A DNA stretch of 55,582 bases. Source: Leucoraja ocellata. Lineage: Eukaryota. A model generated the notes under the pieces. That model searched no databases and had not been told where the DNA came from. It saw nothing but the letters and a program-made list of their open reading frames with translations. This document shows, piece by piece, positions 35,205 to 47,340 of this stretch (position 1 is the stretch's first letter; each line of letters opens with the position of its first letter). The stretch covers positions 62,001 to 117,582 of the forward strand of contig JAWMAR010001777.1 in the NCBI GenBank assembly GCA_036785375.1, read 5' to 3'. Both the position numbers and the translations under genes were made by a program.

Positions 35205-36868
35205 TTAAATCCCTCCCTACCTATGTCCAAGACACCTCAGACACTCTCCGTCGTCTCCGCGCATTCAATTCTCTAGGCCCTCACCCCCTCATCTTCACCA
35301 TGGACGTCCAATCACTATACACCTCCATCCCCCACCACGATGGTCTCACAGCCCTCCGGTTCTTCCTCGACCAGAGAAGCAACCCATACCCAGCCACTGA
35401 CACTCTCCTCCGCCTAGCGGAGCTGGTCCTTACCCTCAATAACTTCACGTTCGACTCCTCCCACTTCCTCCAAATACAAGGCGTAGCTATGGGCACACGC
35501 ATGGGCCCCAGCTATGCCTGCCTATTTGTAGGTTACGTCGAGCAATCCTTGTTCAATACATACCAGGGCCCCATCCCCAACCTCTACCTCCGCTACATCG
35601 ACGACTGCTTTGGTGCCACCTCCTGCACCCGCACACAACTGACTGACTTCATCCACTTCACCACTAATTTCCATCCGGCACTGAAATACACCTGGACCAT
35701 TTCCGACACTTCCCTACCATTCCTTGACCTCACTATCTCCATTGCAGGTGATAGACTTCTAACCGACATACACTATAAACCCACTGACTCCCATGGCTAT
35801 CTGGACTACACTTCTTCCCACCCTGCTTCCTGTAAGGACTCCATCCCCTACTCCCAATTCCTCCGTCTACGCCGCATCTGCTCCACGGATGAGGCGTTCC
35901 ACACCAGGACATCTGAAATGTCCTCACTATTCAGGGAACGGGGGTTCCCCTCCTCCACCATAAATGAGGCTCGCACCAGGGTCTCCTCCATACCCCGCAA
36001 CACTGCTCTCTCTCCCCATCCCCGCACTCGCAACAAGGGCCGAGTCCCCCTAGTCCTCACCTTTCACCCCACCAGCCCGTCACATACAAAAAATAATCCT
36101 CCGTCAGTTTCGCCACCTCCAACGTGACCCCACTACTCGCCACATCTTCCCATCTCCCCCCATATCTGCCTTCCGCAAAGACCGCTCCCTCCATAACTCC
36201 CTTGTCAATTCCTCCCTTCCCTCTCGGTCCACCCCCTCCCCGGGCACTTTCCCTTGCAACCGCAAGAGATGCAACACTTGTCCCTTTACCTCCCCCCTCG
36301 ACTCCGTTCAAGGACCCAAGCAATCGTTCCAGGTGCGACAGAGGTTTACCTGCATCTCTTCCAACCTCATCTATTGCGTCCGCTGCTCCAGATGTCAGCA
36401 GATCTATATCGGTGAGACCAAGCGGAGGTTGGGCGATCGTTTCGCCGAACACCTCCGCTCGGTCCGCAATAACCAAGCTGACCTCCCGGTGGCTCAGCAC
36501 TTCAACTCCCCCTCCCACTCCGCCTCCGACCTCTCTGTCCTGGGTCTCCTCCATGGCCACAGCGAGCAGCACCGGAAATTGGAGGAACAGCACCTCATAT
36601 TCCGTTTGGGGAGTCTGCACCCCCGGGGCATGAACATCGAATTCTCCCAATTTTGTTAGTCCTTGCTGTCTCCTCCCCTTCCTCAGCTCCCCTGCTGTCT
36701 CCTCCCACCCTCCAGCCTTCTGGCTACTCCTCCTTTTCCCTTTCTTGTCCCCACCTACCCCCACCCCCGATCAGTCTGAAGAAGGGTTTCGGCCCGAAAC
36801 GTTGCCTATTTCCTTCGCTCCATAGATGCTGCTGCACCCGCTGAGTTTCTCCAGCTTTTCTGTGTAAC
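35205..36868 (+). mobile_element. Penelope retroelement (5'-truncated RT, GIY-YIG, terminal repeat) inserted between CR1 ORF1 and ORF2
   Basis: MDVQSLYT, GVAMGT, RYIDD, LPFLD; NLIYC..YIGET; TSD cagagaat(g/a)agagac at 35190-35204 and 36869-36883. Confidence 0.95.
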
Positions 36869-36883
36869 CAGAGAATAAGAGAC

Positions 36884-39553
36884 GGGGGGTTTCTTAAATG
36901 TGCATATTTTAATGCTAGGAGCATTGTAAGAAAGGTGGATGAGCTTAGAGTCTGGATTGACACCTGGAAGTATGATGTTGTGGCGATCAGTGAAACATGG
37001 TTGCAGGAGGGCTGTGATTGGAAACTAAATATTCCAGGATTTCGTTGCTTCAGGTGTACTAGGGGTGTATTATAGACCGCCAAATGGGGAACGAGAATTG
37101 GAAGAGCAAATATGTAAGGAGATAGCAGATATTAGTAGTAAGATCAAGGTAGTGATTGTGGGAGATTTCAACTTTCCACACATAGACTGGGAAACACATT
37201 CTGTAAATGGGCTGGATGGTTTGGAGTTTGTAAAATGTGTGCAGGATAGTTTTTTGCAGCAATACATAGAGGTACCTACTAGAGGAGGGGCAGTGCTGGA
37301 CCTCCTGTTAGGAAATGAGACGGGACAGGTGGCGGAGGTATGCGTTGGGGAACACTTCGGATCCAGTGATCACAATACCATTAGTTTCAATATAATTATG
37401 GAGAGGGTCAGAACTGGACCTAGGGTTGAGATTTTTGATTGGAGAAAGGCTAACTTTGATGAGATGCGAGATGATTTAAAAGGAGTAAACTGGGACATTT
37501 TGTTTTATGGGAAAGATGTAGAAGAGAAATGGAGGACATTTAAAGGGGAAATCTTAAGAGTACAGAATCTTTATGTTCCTGTTCGGTTGAAAGAAAACAG
37601 TAAAAATTGGAAAGAGCCCTGGTTTTCAAGGGAAATTGGACATTTGTTCGGAAAAAGAGGGAGATCTACAATAATTATAGGCAGCATGAAGTAAACGAGG
37701 TGCTTGAGGAGTATAAGGAATGTAAAAAGAATCTTAAGAAAGAAATTAGAAAAGCTAAAAGAAGATATGAGGTTGCTTTGGCAAGTAAGGTGAAAGTAAA
37801 TCCAAAGGGTTTCTACATCTATATTAATAGCAAAAGGATAACGAGGGATAAAATTGGTCCATTGGAGAGACAGAGTGGACAGCTATCTGCAGAGCCAAAA
37901 GAGATGGGGGCGATATTGAACAATTTTTTTTCTTCGGTATTCACCAAGGAGAAGGATATTGAATTATGTGAGGTAAGAGAAACTAGTAGAGTAGCTATGG
38001 ATACTATGAGGTTCAAAGTAAAAGAAGTACTGACACTTTTGAAAAATATAAAAGTGGATAAGTCTCCAGGTCCTGACAGGATATTCCCTAGGACATTGAG
38101 GGAAGTTAGTGTAGAAATAGCCGGGGCTATGACAGAAATATTTCAATTGTCATTAGAAACGGGAATAGTCCCCGAGGATTGGCGTACTGCGCATGTTGTT
38201 CCTTTGTTTAAAAAGGGTTCTAAGAGTAAACCTAGCAATTATAGACCTGTTAGTTTGACTTCAGTGGTGGGCAAATTAATGGAAAAGATACTTAGAGATA
38301 ATATATATAAGCATCTGGATAAACAGGGTCTGATTCGGAACAGTCAACATGGATTTGTGCCTGGAAGGTCATGTTTGACAAATCTTCTTGAATTTTTTGA
38401 AGAGGTTATTAGGGAAATTGACGAGGGTTAAGCAGTGGATGTTGTCTATATGGACTTTAGTAAGGCCTTTGACAAGGTTCCTCATGGAAGGTTGGTTAAG
38501 AAGGTTCAACTGTTGGGTATAAATGCAGGAATAGCAAGATGGATTCAACAGTGGCTGAATGGGAGAAGCCAGAGGGTAATGGTTGGTGGCTGTTTATCGG
38601 GTTGGAGGCAGGTGACTAGTGGGGTGCCTCAGGGATCTGTGTTGGGTCCTTTGTTGTTTGTCATGTACATCAATGATCTGGATGAAGATGTGGTAAATTG
38701 GATTAGTAAGTATGCAGATGATACCAAGATAGGGGGTGTTGTGGATAATGAAGAGGATTTCCAAAGTCTACAGAGTGATTTAGGCCATTTGGAAAAATGG
38801 ACTGAAAGATGGCAGATGGAGTTTAATGCTGATAAATGTGAGGTGCTACACCTTGGCAGGACAAATCAAAATAGGACGTACATGGTAAATGGTAGGGAAT
38901 TGAAGAATGCAGTTGAACAGAGGGATCTGGGTATAACTGTGCATAGTTCCTTGAAGGTGGAATCTCATATAGATAGGGTGGTAAAGAAAGCTTTTGGTAT
39001 GCTAACCTCTATAAATCAGAGCATTGAGTATAGAAGCTGGGATGTAATGTTAAAACTGTACAAGGCATTGGTGAGACCAAATCTGGAGTATGGTGTACAA
39101 TTTTGGTCGCCCAATTATAGGAAGGATGTCAACAAAATAGAGAGAGTACAGAGGAGATTTACTAGAATGTTACCTGGGTTTCAACAACTAAGTTACAGAG
39201 ATAGGTTGAATAAGTTAGGTCTTTATTCTCTGGAGCGCAGAAGGTTAAGGGGGGACTTGATAGAGGTCTTTAAAATGATGAGAGGGATAGACAGAGTTGA
39301 TGTGGACAAGCTTTTCCCTTTGAGAATAGGGAAGATTCAAACAAGAGGACATGACTTCAGAATTAAGGGACAGAAGTTTAGGGGTAACATGAGGGGGAAC
39401 TTCTTTACTCAGAGAGTGGTAGCGGTGTGGAATGAGCTTCCAGTGGAAGTGGTGGAGGCAGGTTCGATTTTATCATTTAAAAATAAATTGGATAGGTATG
39501 TGGATGGGAAAGGAATCGAGGATTATGGTCTGAGTGCAGGTAGATGGGACTAG
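36884..39553 (+). pseudogene. CR1 ORF2 (APE+RT), disrupted
   Basis: NARS, SETW; internal deletion at ~37058, frameshift at ~37645, TAA at 38429-38431; YADD intact. Confidence 0.92.
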
Positions 39554-40394
39554 GGGAGAATAAGTCTTCGGCACGGACTTGTAGGGCCGAGATGGCCTGT
39601 TTCCGTGCTGTGATTGTTATATGGTTATATGGTGTGTACGCAAAAAGACAGTAAGAGATGCTTTTGTATGATGTGGGATATTACAGAGATTATGTTGGAG
39701 GGAGTTGAGAGGGGAAAGGGAATTTTGAAATGGGCATTTTGACCTGGACACTACAAGCAAAATGGAAAACAAAACATTCCTAGGCTCTATGACTGCGGCC
39801 TTCCTCGGCGTTATATCTAATCCCTCCGAATGTCTGTGTAGATGCAGACCATTGGAATCAATATTAAATGATCTACATTAAGGTGACATCTTTCCGATAT
39901 ACGGCATTTGAAGGTTATTTTTTTTTAAATTTCGAGTAATTCATTTCATGTGCCTAGCTCCGAAACGGACATTTCTGCTACAAGTGAGAGTATCTGCGAT
40001 TTACTCCCGCCATCACCACATGGTAATTTGGTAGGCAAACCCATATTCCTGCAAGTTACAACACTGTGGGCTATTTAACAAACGCTGCAATGCTCTGAAT
40101 ACCCATATTGTACCATAGACCAGAGTCAACTTGGCCGCACGCTGACTCTCGCTGCAAATTATCATTGATGTTTCCAATAACCTGTCCGCACCTCATATTC
40201 ATGCAAAGTGATCTCGTATTCTCTCTTTTCCAGCTCTGACAAAGGACTCAGTGAAGTCTCAGCACGATTTCATTTTGTATAGATATTGCTTCGCCGATGG
40301 AGTGATCTCAATCATTAATTTCAGCTTTATCTCAGACGAAATGTGGACCAGTCACCTCTGGCCCACAGAACCTCTCTGCAGCTACACAGCTCAC

Positions 40395-40694
40395 CTTTCT
40401 TCCAGTTGATTCGTCCAGTTTTTGGAGTCGGCATATCATAATGGCTCACCACGCATTCGAAATAATCCCCACTCAGCCAGTCACGAGTTGAAATGTTGAC
40501 TTTGCTCTCTACGATATCTGCATGTCCTGTGGGCTGGATCTCTGAATCCAAAGGTTTCTTTTTGTGGTTCCAAGATACTGTGATATCATAAGGTGCATCG
40601 GATACCCGGCAGGTTAATGTTACGGTCATCTCCATTAACTCTTGTTCAACAGGTGGAGGAAGGATTGTAATCTTCAGTTCGCAGGAACTATCAA
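40395..40694 (-). CDS. IGHM: IgM constant exon Cmu3
   Basis: cag|..|gtgag, 300 nt, phase 1-1: VDSSCELKITILPPPVEQELMEMTVTLTCRVSDAPYDITVSW..DWLSGDYFECVVSHYDMPTP..; resembles shark Cmu3. Confidence 0.92.
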
Positions 40695-40949
40695 CTGTGG
40701 CACAACAATTAATGTGAACATAAGCATTTGCAGGAGTAACCAGGATCGAAGGTTTACACCAATCATCTGCCCCCAAAACTTGAATGTGTACATGACCCCT
40801 TCTGAGTAGTGATTCTATGACCATGGGTCCTAAATCGTCATGAGCTGACTTTTGTCTCTGTGCAGAGAACGACACAATAAATGAAATGGGAGATGGCATC
40901 ATGGGCTATACCGCGATATGCACTCAATGCTGGAGTACTGTAACTCACA

Positions 40950-42022
40950 CCACTTCATCCAAGGACCCCGACAGTCCTTTCAGATGAGGCAGAGGTTCAC
41001 TTGCACCTCCACCAACCACTGTATCCGCTGTTGTAGATGTGGGTTCCTGTACATCGGTGAATCAAAGCGCAGACTGTGGCGGTCATTTCGTTGAACACCT
41101 TCGCTCTGCCCGCCTTGCCCTAGGCCAGTGATTCCCAACCTGGGGCCAAATGGCATGGCAAATTTCAGGGGGGCCACAGAAAAATGTTGGCATTTAGGGG
41201 CCACAGGTTCAATGAAGGGGGCCACAGAGCTACCACCCTTTTGCCTCCTAAATTTCAGTTCTAATAAATTTAAATCTATGTAGTTGAAATATTTTTGATG
41301 TTTGAGGAATAGAATAAGAGAGAATATATGTGCAATTAATAGACACTGATATTTTGATGGAAGGTATTATAATATTGAAGGACTTTTTTCCACTAATAAT
41401 GTCAGGGGCCACAGAAAAATTAAAAGATCCCAAGGGGGCCATGAGCTAAAAAAGGTTGGGAACCACTGCCCTAGGCGATCACCAGCTTGCCAAACACATT
41501 AAAACCCCCCTCCATTCCCACACTGTTCTTTCTGTCCTGGGCTTCCTCCACTGTGAGAGTGAAGCTGAACGCAAATTGGAGGAACAACACCTCATATTTC
41601 GCTTCAGCAACCTAGAACTCAGAGGTATCAATATTGACTTTTCTAATTTCAAGTAGCCTTTGCATTCCATCTCTCTCCAGCCACCTCCCACCCACGTCAT
41701 CCGACTAGTTTCACTCCGGTCCTGTTTCGTTTCACTCTGTATCTACTCGTTATCACCATTTCTAGAGCAACAACGGACCAATGTGGCCTCGACCTTTCCT
41801 TGTTCATCTTTGCTGGCTTTGATTTGTTCTTTTCATACCTTTCATTCATGTGTTTGTACATTCTCATACCTCTAGTTTCCCTCTCCTCTCATTCCAAGTC
41901 GGAAGAAGAGTCTCGACCTGAATCGTCACCTATTTCTTTTCTCTGCAGATGCCTAACCTGCTGTTACTCCGTAATTATGTTTCTACTTGCGATGTAAACC
42001 AGCATCTGTACTTCCTTCCTAC
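40950..42022 (+). mobile_element. Degenerate Penelope GIY-YIG/3' fragment in the Cmu2-Cmu3 intron
   Basis: RQRFTC..CIRCCRCGFLYIGESKR..; LGFLHC..RKLEEQHLIFR..GINIDFSNF. Confidence 0.8.
41126..41468. mobile_element. hAT-superfamily MITE (343 bp)
   Basis: 16-bp TIRs CAGTGATTCCCAACCT / AGGTTGGGAACCACTG (1 mismatch); perfect 8-bp TSD CCCTAGGC at 41118-41125 and 41469-41476. Confidence 0.93.
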
Positions 42023-42115
42023 ACATAGACTTTCACAATGTCAGTGAAGTACTGCCACCGTGAGCGCTAATGTTTACACTAATACCCCGAGACATACCAC
42101 GGATGTATTTCTTAC

Positions 42116-42433
42116 CTCGAGGTATACTGATGTTTTGGCTTTTCAGATCTTTTTCATGCTTGACTTGGCAGGTATAGACGGAACCTTTGAACCACTCTGC
42201 AGCTGGGAATGTCAACTGGCTGGTCGCCGAGAAGTTATCGTTACCGTTCACCTGGAAGGCGGGAGAGGTGACGATGCCAGAATCCAATGACTCGCCATTC
42301 TTCAGCCAGGTCACAGTAAATTTTGCTGGAGTGAAATCGTTGACCAAACATACGGCGATCGCTATTCTGCTGAGCTTGATTTCATCAAGGGCACTTATGG
42401 TAATGGAGACGTTAGGATGATGTACCACGCGGT
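42116..42433 (-). CDS. IGHM: IgM constant exon Cmu2
   Basis: cag|..|gtaag, 318 nt: DRVVHHPNVSIT..VCLVNDFTPAKFTVTWLKNG..FSATSQLT..EWFKGSVYTCQVKH. Confidence 0.92.
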
Positions 42434-42574
42434 CTGAAAGAAAATAAACTTCATTGGAATTGCTCATAAACTATCGTCGATTAATAATGACACCCAATAT
42501 TTTGACCAAAAAAAACAAACAAAAAAAACAAAATTTCACTTTTTCTGATTAAAAGTAGCCTGGACTTGGACTTT

Positions 42575-42985
42575 GCAGGAAGATTGTTCCCGATTTTGGG
42601 AAAGTCCAGGACAAGGGGTCACAGCTTAAGGATAAGGGGGAAATCCTTTAAAACCGAGATTCGGCATGGACTTGTAGGGCCGAGATGGCCTGTTTCCGTG
42701 CTGTAATTGTTATATGGTTATATGAGAAGAACTTTTTTCACACAGAGAGTGGTGAATCTCTGGAACTCTCTGCCACAGAGGGTAGTTGAGGCCAGTTCAT
42801 TGGCTATATTTAAGAGGGAGTTAGATGTGGCCCTTGTGGCTAAGGGGATCAGGGGGTATGGAGAGAAGGCAGGTACGGGATACTGAGATGGATAATCAGC
42901 CATGATCATATTGAATGGCGGTGCAGGCTCGAAGGGCCGAATGGCCTACTCCTGCACCTAATTTCTATGTTTCTATGTTTCTATG
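42575..42985 (+). mobile_element. CR1-B 3' fragment carrying a ~60-bp CR1-A tail insertion (42661-42721)
   Basis: aaaccgagat|tcggcatggac..gttatatggttat|atgagaagaac. Confidence 0.85.
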
Positions 42986-43789
42986 GACTTCCCGAGATGC
43001 TGCTAAATTATTTGTTTATCGCGGTACATCGAGTGCTCGTAAATGTGGACATTATAGCTCGGTAAGTCGTTGTCACAGGGATGTGATGGGGCCGACTTCT
43101 GCTTTTGTTCTCTGTGACTGTGTCTGTGCTTTTAATACTCTTGATAATGTTCTCAACATGATGCACTCAGCCGCTTCGATTGTTCGCGAGTTAAAATGTA
43201 ACCTATCGGTGATGTAACCGATAGATCAGTTCCTCACAAATTATATGGATGTGCTGGTGATGATAATACATTAATCAGTTCTTTTCAAGCTCTCTACAAG
43301 TACATTTTTGTTTTTTTATGATTTTGTAGATGGTGAATTGTCTCGATATTTGAAGCACCGCCTTTCGTTCCATCACAAGAACGAACGATAGTGCTTCAGT
43401 ATTATGAATATCGCTCTCGCCCCTCGGTGTCAGGAAACAAAACTCACCGTTTTATCGAAACAACAACAGCAGATGTTGTTTGATTAAAAAAATAAGCAAA
43501 GGGCTGGAATAATTTGGCGGATAAGGCATGTGTCACTTTCTATTGAGACTTTAAGCCTTTGGTAGTTAAATTGAGAATGGAGTTTTATCAGTGTTCCAGA
43601 TGTTACATGGCATCTGTGGATGCAGCCACACTTTCACATCACTATATCGACATGAATTGTCTGTCTTTGACTTGTTGGATCGTGGAGCTCAGATGAGCGT
43701 TCGACAGTCAGTATGACATGAAGAATAAAACCGAACAGGGCACATTAAGTCAAGTACTTATCGCCAATTGTCAAATCCCGCGGATTATA

Positions 43790-44222
43790 TGGATTGCATC
43801 ATGGCCTGTTTCGGGAACATCCAGGAGCGGAAAAGGCTGCAAAATGTTGTAACCACTGGCCAATCCATTACCGGCTCGGACCCCCCATCATCAAAGGGAT
43901 GTATCGGAGTCGCTGCCTCCAAAAGGCAGCCAACATCATCAGAGACCCACACCATCCTGCCCACACACTCACCTCACCACTGGAAGAAGGTACAGGAGCC
44001 TGAGAACTGTAACGTCCAGGTTCAGGAACAGCTTTTTCCCTACAGCCATCAGGCTATTAAACACTATAACCTCATATGCTCTGAACTACAATAGACTATT
44101 ATTATTATTATCATTATTGCACTGTTATTATTTGTTTTGAGTATGTGTGCATGTATACATGTAAACACATCATTGTTCTATCTGGGACATATGACAATAA
44201 AACATTCTTGACTCTCGACTCT
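43790..44222 (+). mobile_element. Rex1/Babar-like LINE 3' fragment
   Basis: QERKRLQNVV..IIRDPHHP..RFRNSFFP; aataaa plus cttgact tail. Confidence 0.75.
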
Positions 44223-44262
44223 CAACTCCACCCTCGGCCTCGCACTGCACCCCAACACGAAC

Positions 44263-44559
44263 CTGGTACTTTCTCTAGATAGTCTTTTTGGTTGTGCTGA
44301 ACCACGCAGAAGATGTCGCCTGTCCCTGCCTCCGCCTCGGTGATGGTTAACTCGCTGCTCCGGGTGTAAGTTCCCAACTTATTGAACACTGCCGGGTAGT
44401 CCTTCACTCCGGTGGTCAGTTCTTTATCATCTATCTTCCAAGAAACACTGGCGCCCGCAGGGGAATAGCCCAACGCCAAACAACCGTAGGTGAACGAACC
44501 ACTGGAGCCGTGGTCCTCACAGGTGAAGAGAATGAAGAGGCTGGGCTGGGATTGAGCCG
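44263..44559 (-). CDS. IGHM: IgM constant exon Cmu1
   Basis: cag|..|gttcg, 297 nt: AAQSQPSLFILFTCEDHGSSGSFTYGCLALGYSPAGASVSW..YPAVFNKLGTYTRSSELTITE..IFCVVQH; the N-terminal Cys expected for light-chain bonding is present. Confidence 0.92.
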
Positions 44560-44839
44560 CTGCAAGGCAAAGGCCACATGAATGTTAAACTCGTTAACCA
44601 GTTTTCTATTTCATGCAACTTCACCCGAGTATCATCAACTATTAGCTAATCATTCCGCCTTGATCCCACCTTGGAAAACATTGGCTGAAAACTTCTTGAG
44701 GTGCCAATATCTGCCAGTTACTGTCCATATTAGAGTTGGAAATATATCGATAGGCCTCCAGTATTAATTACTGTCAAATTCCCAGGGTTTCTCAGGAATG
44801 CTCAATACTCAGTGGCTATAACTAACGTTGGCCTATGGG

Positions 44840-45330
44840 TTACAATCTCACCAAACTCCTTGTTGCAACTGGGGATGATAGAGTAAGGGCGGAACTACAG
44901 GATACAGTGTAGACACGTGTGAGAGCCTCGTCTATGGTAAAAGTGGGGAATACCCGCTCCCTAAAGAATGAGGACCTCGGATATCCTGGTATGGAACAAC
45001 TCGTCTTGGGAACAGTTGCGCGGAGACGGATGAATTTGGGAGTAGGACATAGAGCCTTTGCAGGAGGCAAGGTTGGAAGGGGTGAAGTCCCGATAGCTGT
45101 GGGAGTCCGTAGATTTGCAATTTATGTCAGTCGATAGTCTAACTCCTGCGATGGAGACGGTGAGATCAACAAAGAGGAGGTATGTGTTGGGGATGGATCC
45201 GGTGAATTTGATCTATGGTCAAAGTTTGTAGACAATGAAGTCAATGAGTTCTGTCTGGGTACAGGATGAAGAGTTCAGGGAATCGGCCAGTCTATGTCAG
45301 GGGTTGTTCCATGTACCCAACTAAATGGAG
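44840..45330 (-). mobile_element. Degenerate Penelope RT C-terminal fragment in the J-C intron
   Basis: SSFFRERVFPTFTIDEALTRV is homologous to SSLFRERGFPSSTINEARTRV of the 35300 ORF. Confidence 0.75.
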
Positions 45331-46557
45331 ATTGGTGAAATGATGCGCAATGTTGGAAACAACATTTTCTCTGCTATTTGAATTATAGAACAGTTGTCCC
45401 ACTAATCCGTGAACAGTGGGAATTGGAATCAATGGTTCAAAGGAGGGTTTGACTGACGTTCAAAATTACATTTGCATTTATTTAATTAAAATTAAATAAT
45501 TTAGGTAGGTTTCGCTTGGGCCACTGTGCATGCCCATGGCAAAACTTTTGATTTGGAGGGAGAGGGAAGAGTTTTTGTTTTATAAATGTGTTCAGAGATT
45601 ATCTGACAAAATCACAGAAAATGGAAGGGTAACGGGTTTTCCATGTCGGGTTCCCGAACATAATTTGGGAGAAGACAAAAATAAACAATCACAATCTTGT
45701 TCGTGAAATTTGGCCTTAAATGTGTCCATCGGACGAAACCAACTAAGGGGGTGGATGGGATTGAAATGGTAGCTCTGTTATTTAACAACAAATAACACAC
45801 TTAAAATAACACACGTTTTTTTGTATTTTGTGGGCCCATCACTCACGAGAATATACCGATCATTTGTATGCCGACAGTAATTGCAAGTAAATTCCGAAAC
45901 GCAAACCAGCCGACAATAACATTACATTCACACCAGATTAAACACATGTATGAGATTACATTATAAGGATTAAAAATAACTCTCTCAATATAATATCTGA
46001 ATTAATAGAGGTTATGTACCACACCTTCTGGAAACTAAATGTAGCATATACATTGTAAGAACATGTAAATACTTCATAATTAAATAAATTGGTACAGGTT
46101 TCAATGTTTGTCTGTGTGCACCATTGCCTTAATGAATTCAATAATAATCCATTGAAATGAATGTTTATACAATGACGCTCAGTTCCGTTTCCAGCATCTT
46201 TAAAACGAGTTAACGTTCCCAATGTCATCGGCACTGAAGAACGAATGATTAACATTGTATCTCTGTCCGATAGGAAACGAATAAAAAATATACCAATTAT
46301 AAATTACAACCTGCAATCTATTAAAACAATATCTGAGTTTGCTTCGTGACTTTAACAGGAAAAGGTTTTAAGTCATATAGTAGTCTACGTTTAATAGTGA
46401 AAATGCACAATGTTGCTAAATCAATGTTTTAATTAAATAAATGCAAATGTAAATTTGAACGTCACTCAAACCCTCCCCTAAGCCACCGATTTCAATTCCC
46501 ACTCTGTTCAAGGATTAGTGAGATACCCTGTTTTATAATTAAAATTAAGATAGCAAA

Positions 46558-46685
46558 GTCAGGGGATATGGGGAGAAGGCGGGAACGGGGTACTGATTGG
46601 GGAAGATCAGCCATAATCACATTGAATGGCGGTGCTGGCTCAAAGACCGAATGGCCTCCTCCTGCACCTATTGTCTATTGTCTAA
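46558..46685 (+). mobile_element. CR1-B 3' tail fragment
   Basis: ggatatggggagaagg..gaatggcctcctcctgcacctattgtctattgtcta. Confidence 0.8.
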
Positions 46686-47069
46686 AATAGCAGAGAAAAT
46701 TTAGTTTCCAACATTCCATTTTATTTCCCAATTTTTCTTTTTTTTTTACCGTAACTATTCGTAAAACTGATATTTTTCATTAGCAATTTACTAAATAGAG
46801 AAACATTTTATGTTTAAATGACATTGGGAGCCACAGACAAACATGGATTCAAATTATCTTTCTAATAAATCCATGGATTAAACGTTATTCCAAAACTACA
46901 ACTGTTCCGAAATCTCCCCATTATACATTCAACGCATTTTCCAAATGGGAAAAATCGTGATCTTTGACATAAAACAGATTAGGTTAGGCAGCAACTGTGG
47001 AAAGAGAAAACCAAGCATTTTCCATGTCGACTATCATTTTGGGACTAAACCATGGCGGATTCAGTAGAG

Positions 47070-47340
47070 GTATAGCATAGAAATAGACACTTCTGCCAAC
47101 AAAATCCAGGGCCACTCACAAGTTCCACGTTATCACACTATCGCATTCACCCCCGACCCACCCGGGTCAATCACCCAGGTCATTTAAACCCGCAAACCTG
47201 CACTCTTTTGGGTTGTGGGAGGAAAGCTGAGCACCAGTAAGAAACCACAGGGAGAACGCACAGTTCTCACCGTCTGCACCTGATTTCGGGAACGAAGTCT
47301 GGTCTCTGGCGCTACAACTTGTCATTCGGCTCCCCTCTAT
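47070..47340 (-). mobile_element. Degenerate V-SINE (HE1-like)
   Basis: caaacctgcactcttttgggttgtgggaggaaagctgagcacc is a reversed V-domain-like sequence. Confidence 0.6.

Larger units (their letters stand above)
33435..39632 (+). mobile_element. Near full-length CR1 family A (5'UTR, ORF1, ORF2, tail), inactivated; 5' boundary uncertain
   Basis: ORF1 plus ORF2 highly similar to 3941-6648; tail ttatatggttatatgg at ~39617-39632. Confidence 0.92.

Noticed and set aside
40695-40902. N-terminal extension of ORF 40327..40902 as an extra domain or hinge
   Set aside because: Lies upstream of the cag acceptor at 40695-40697 and has no Ig features; open intron frame.
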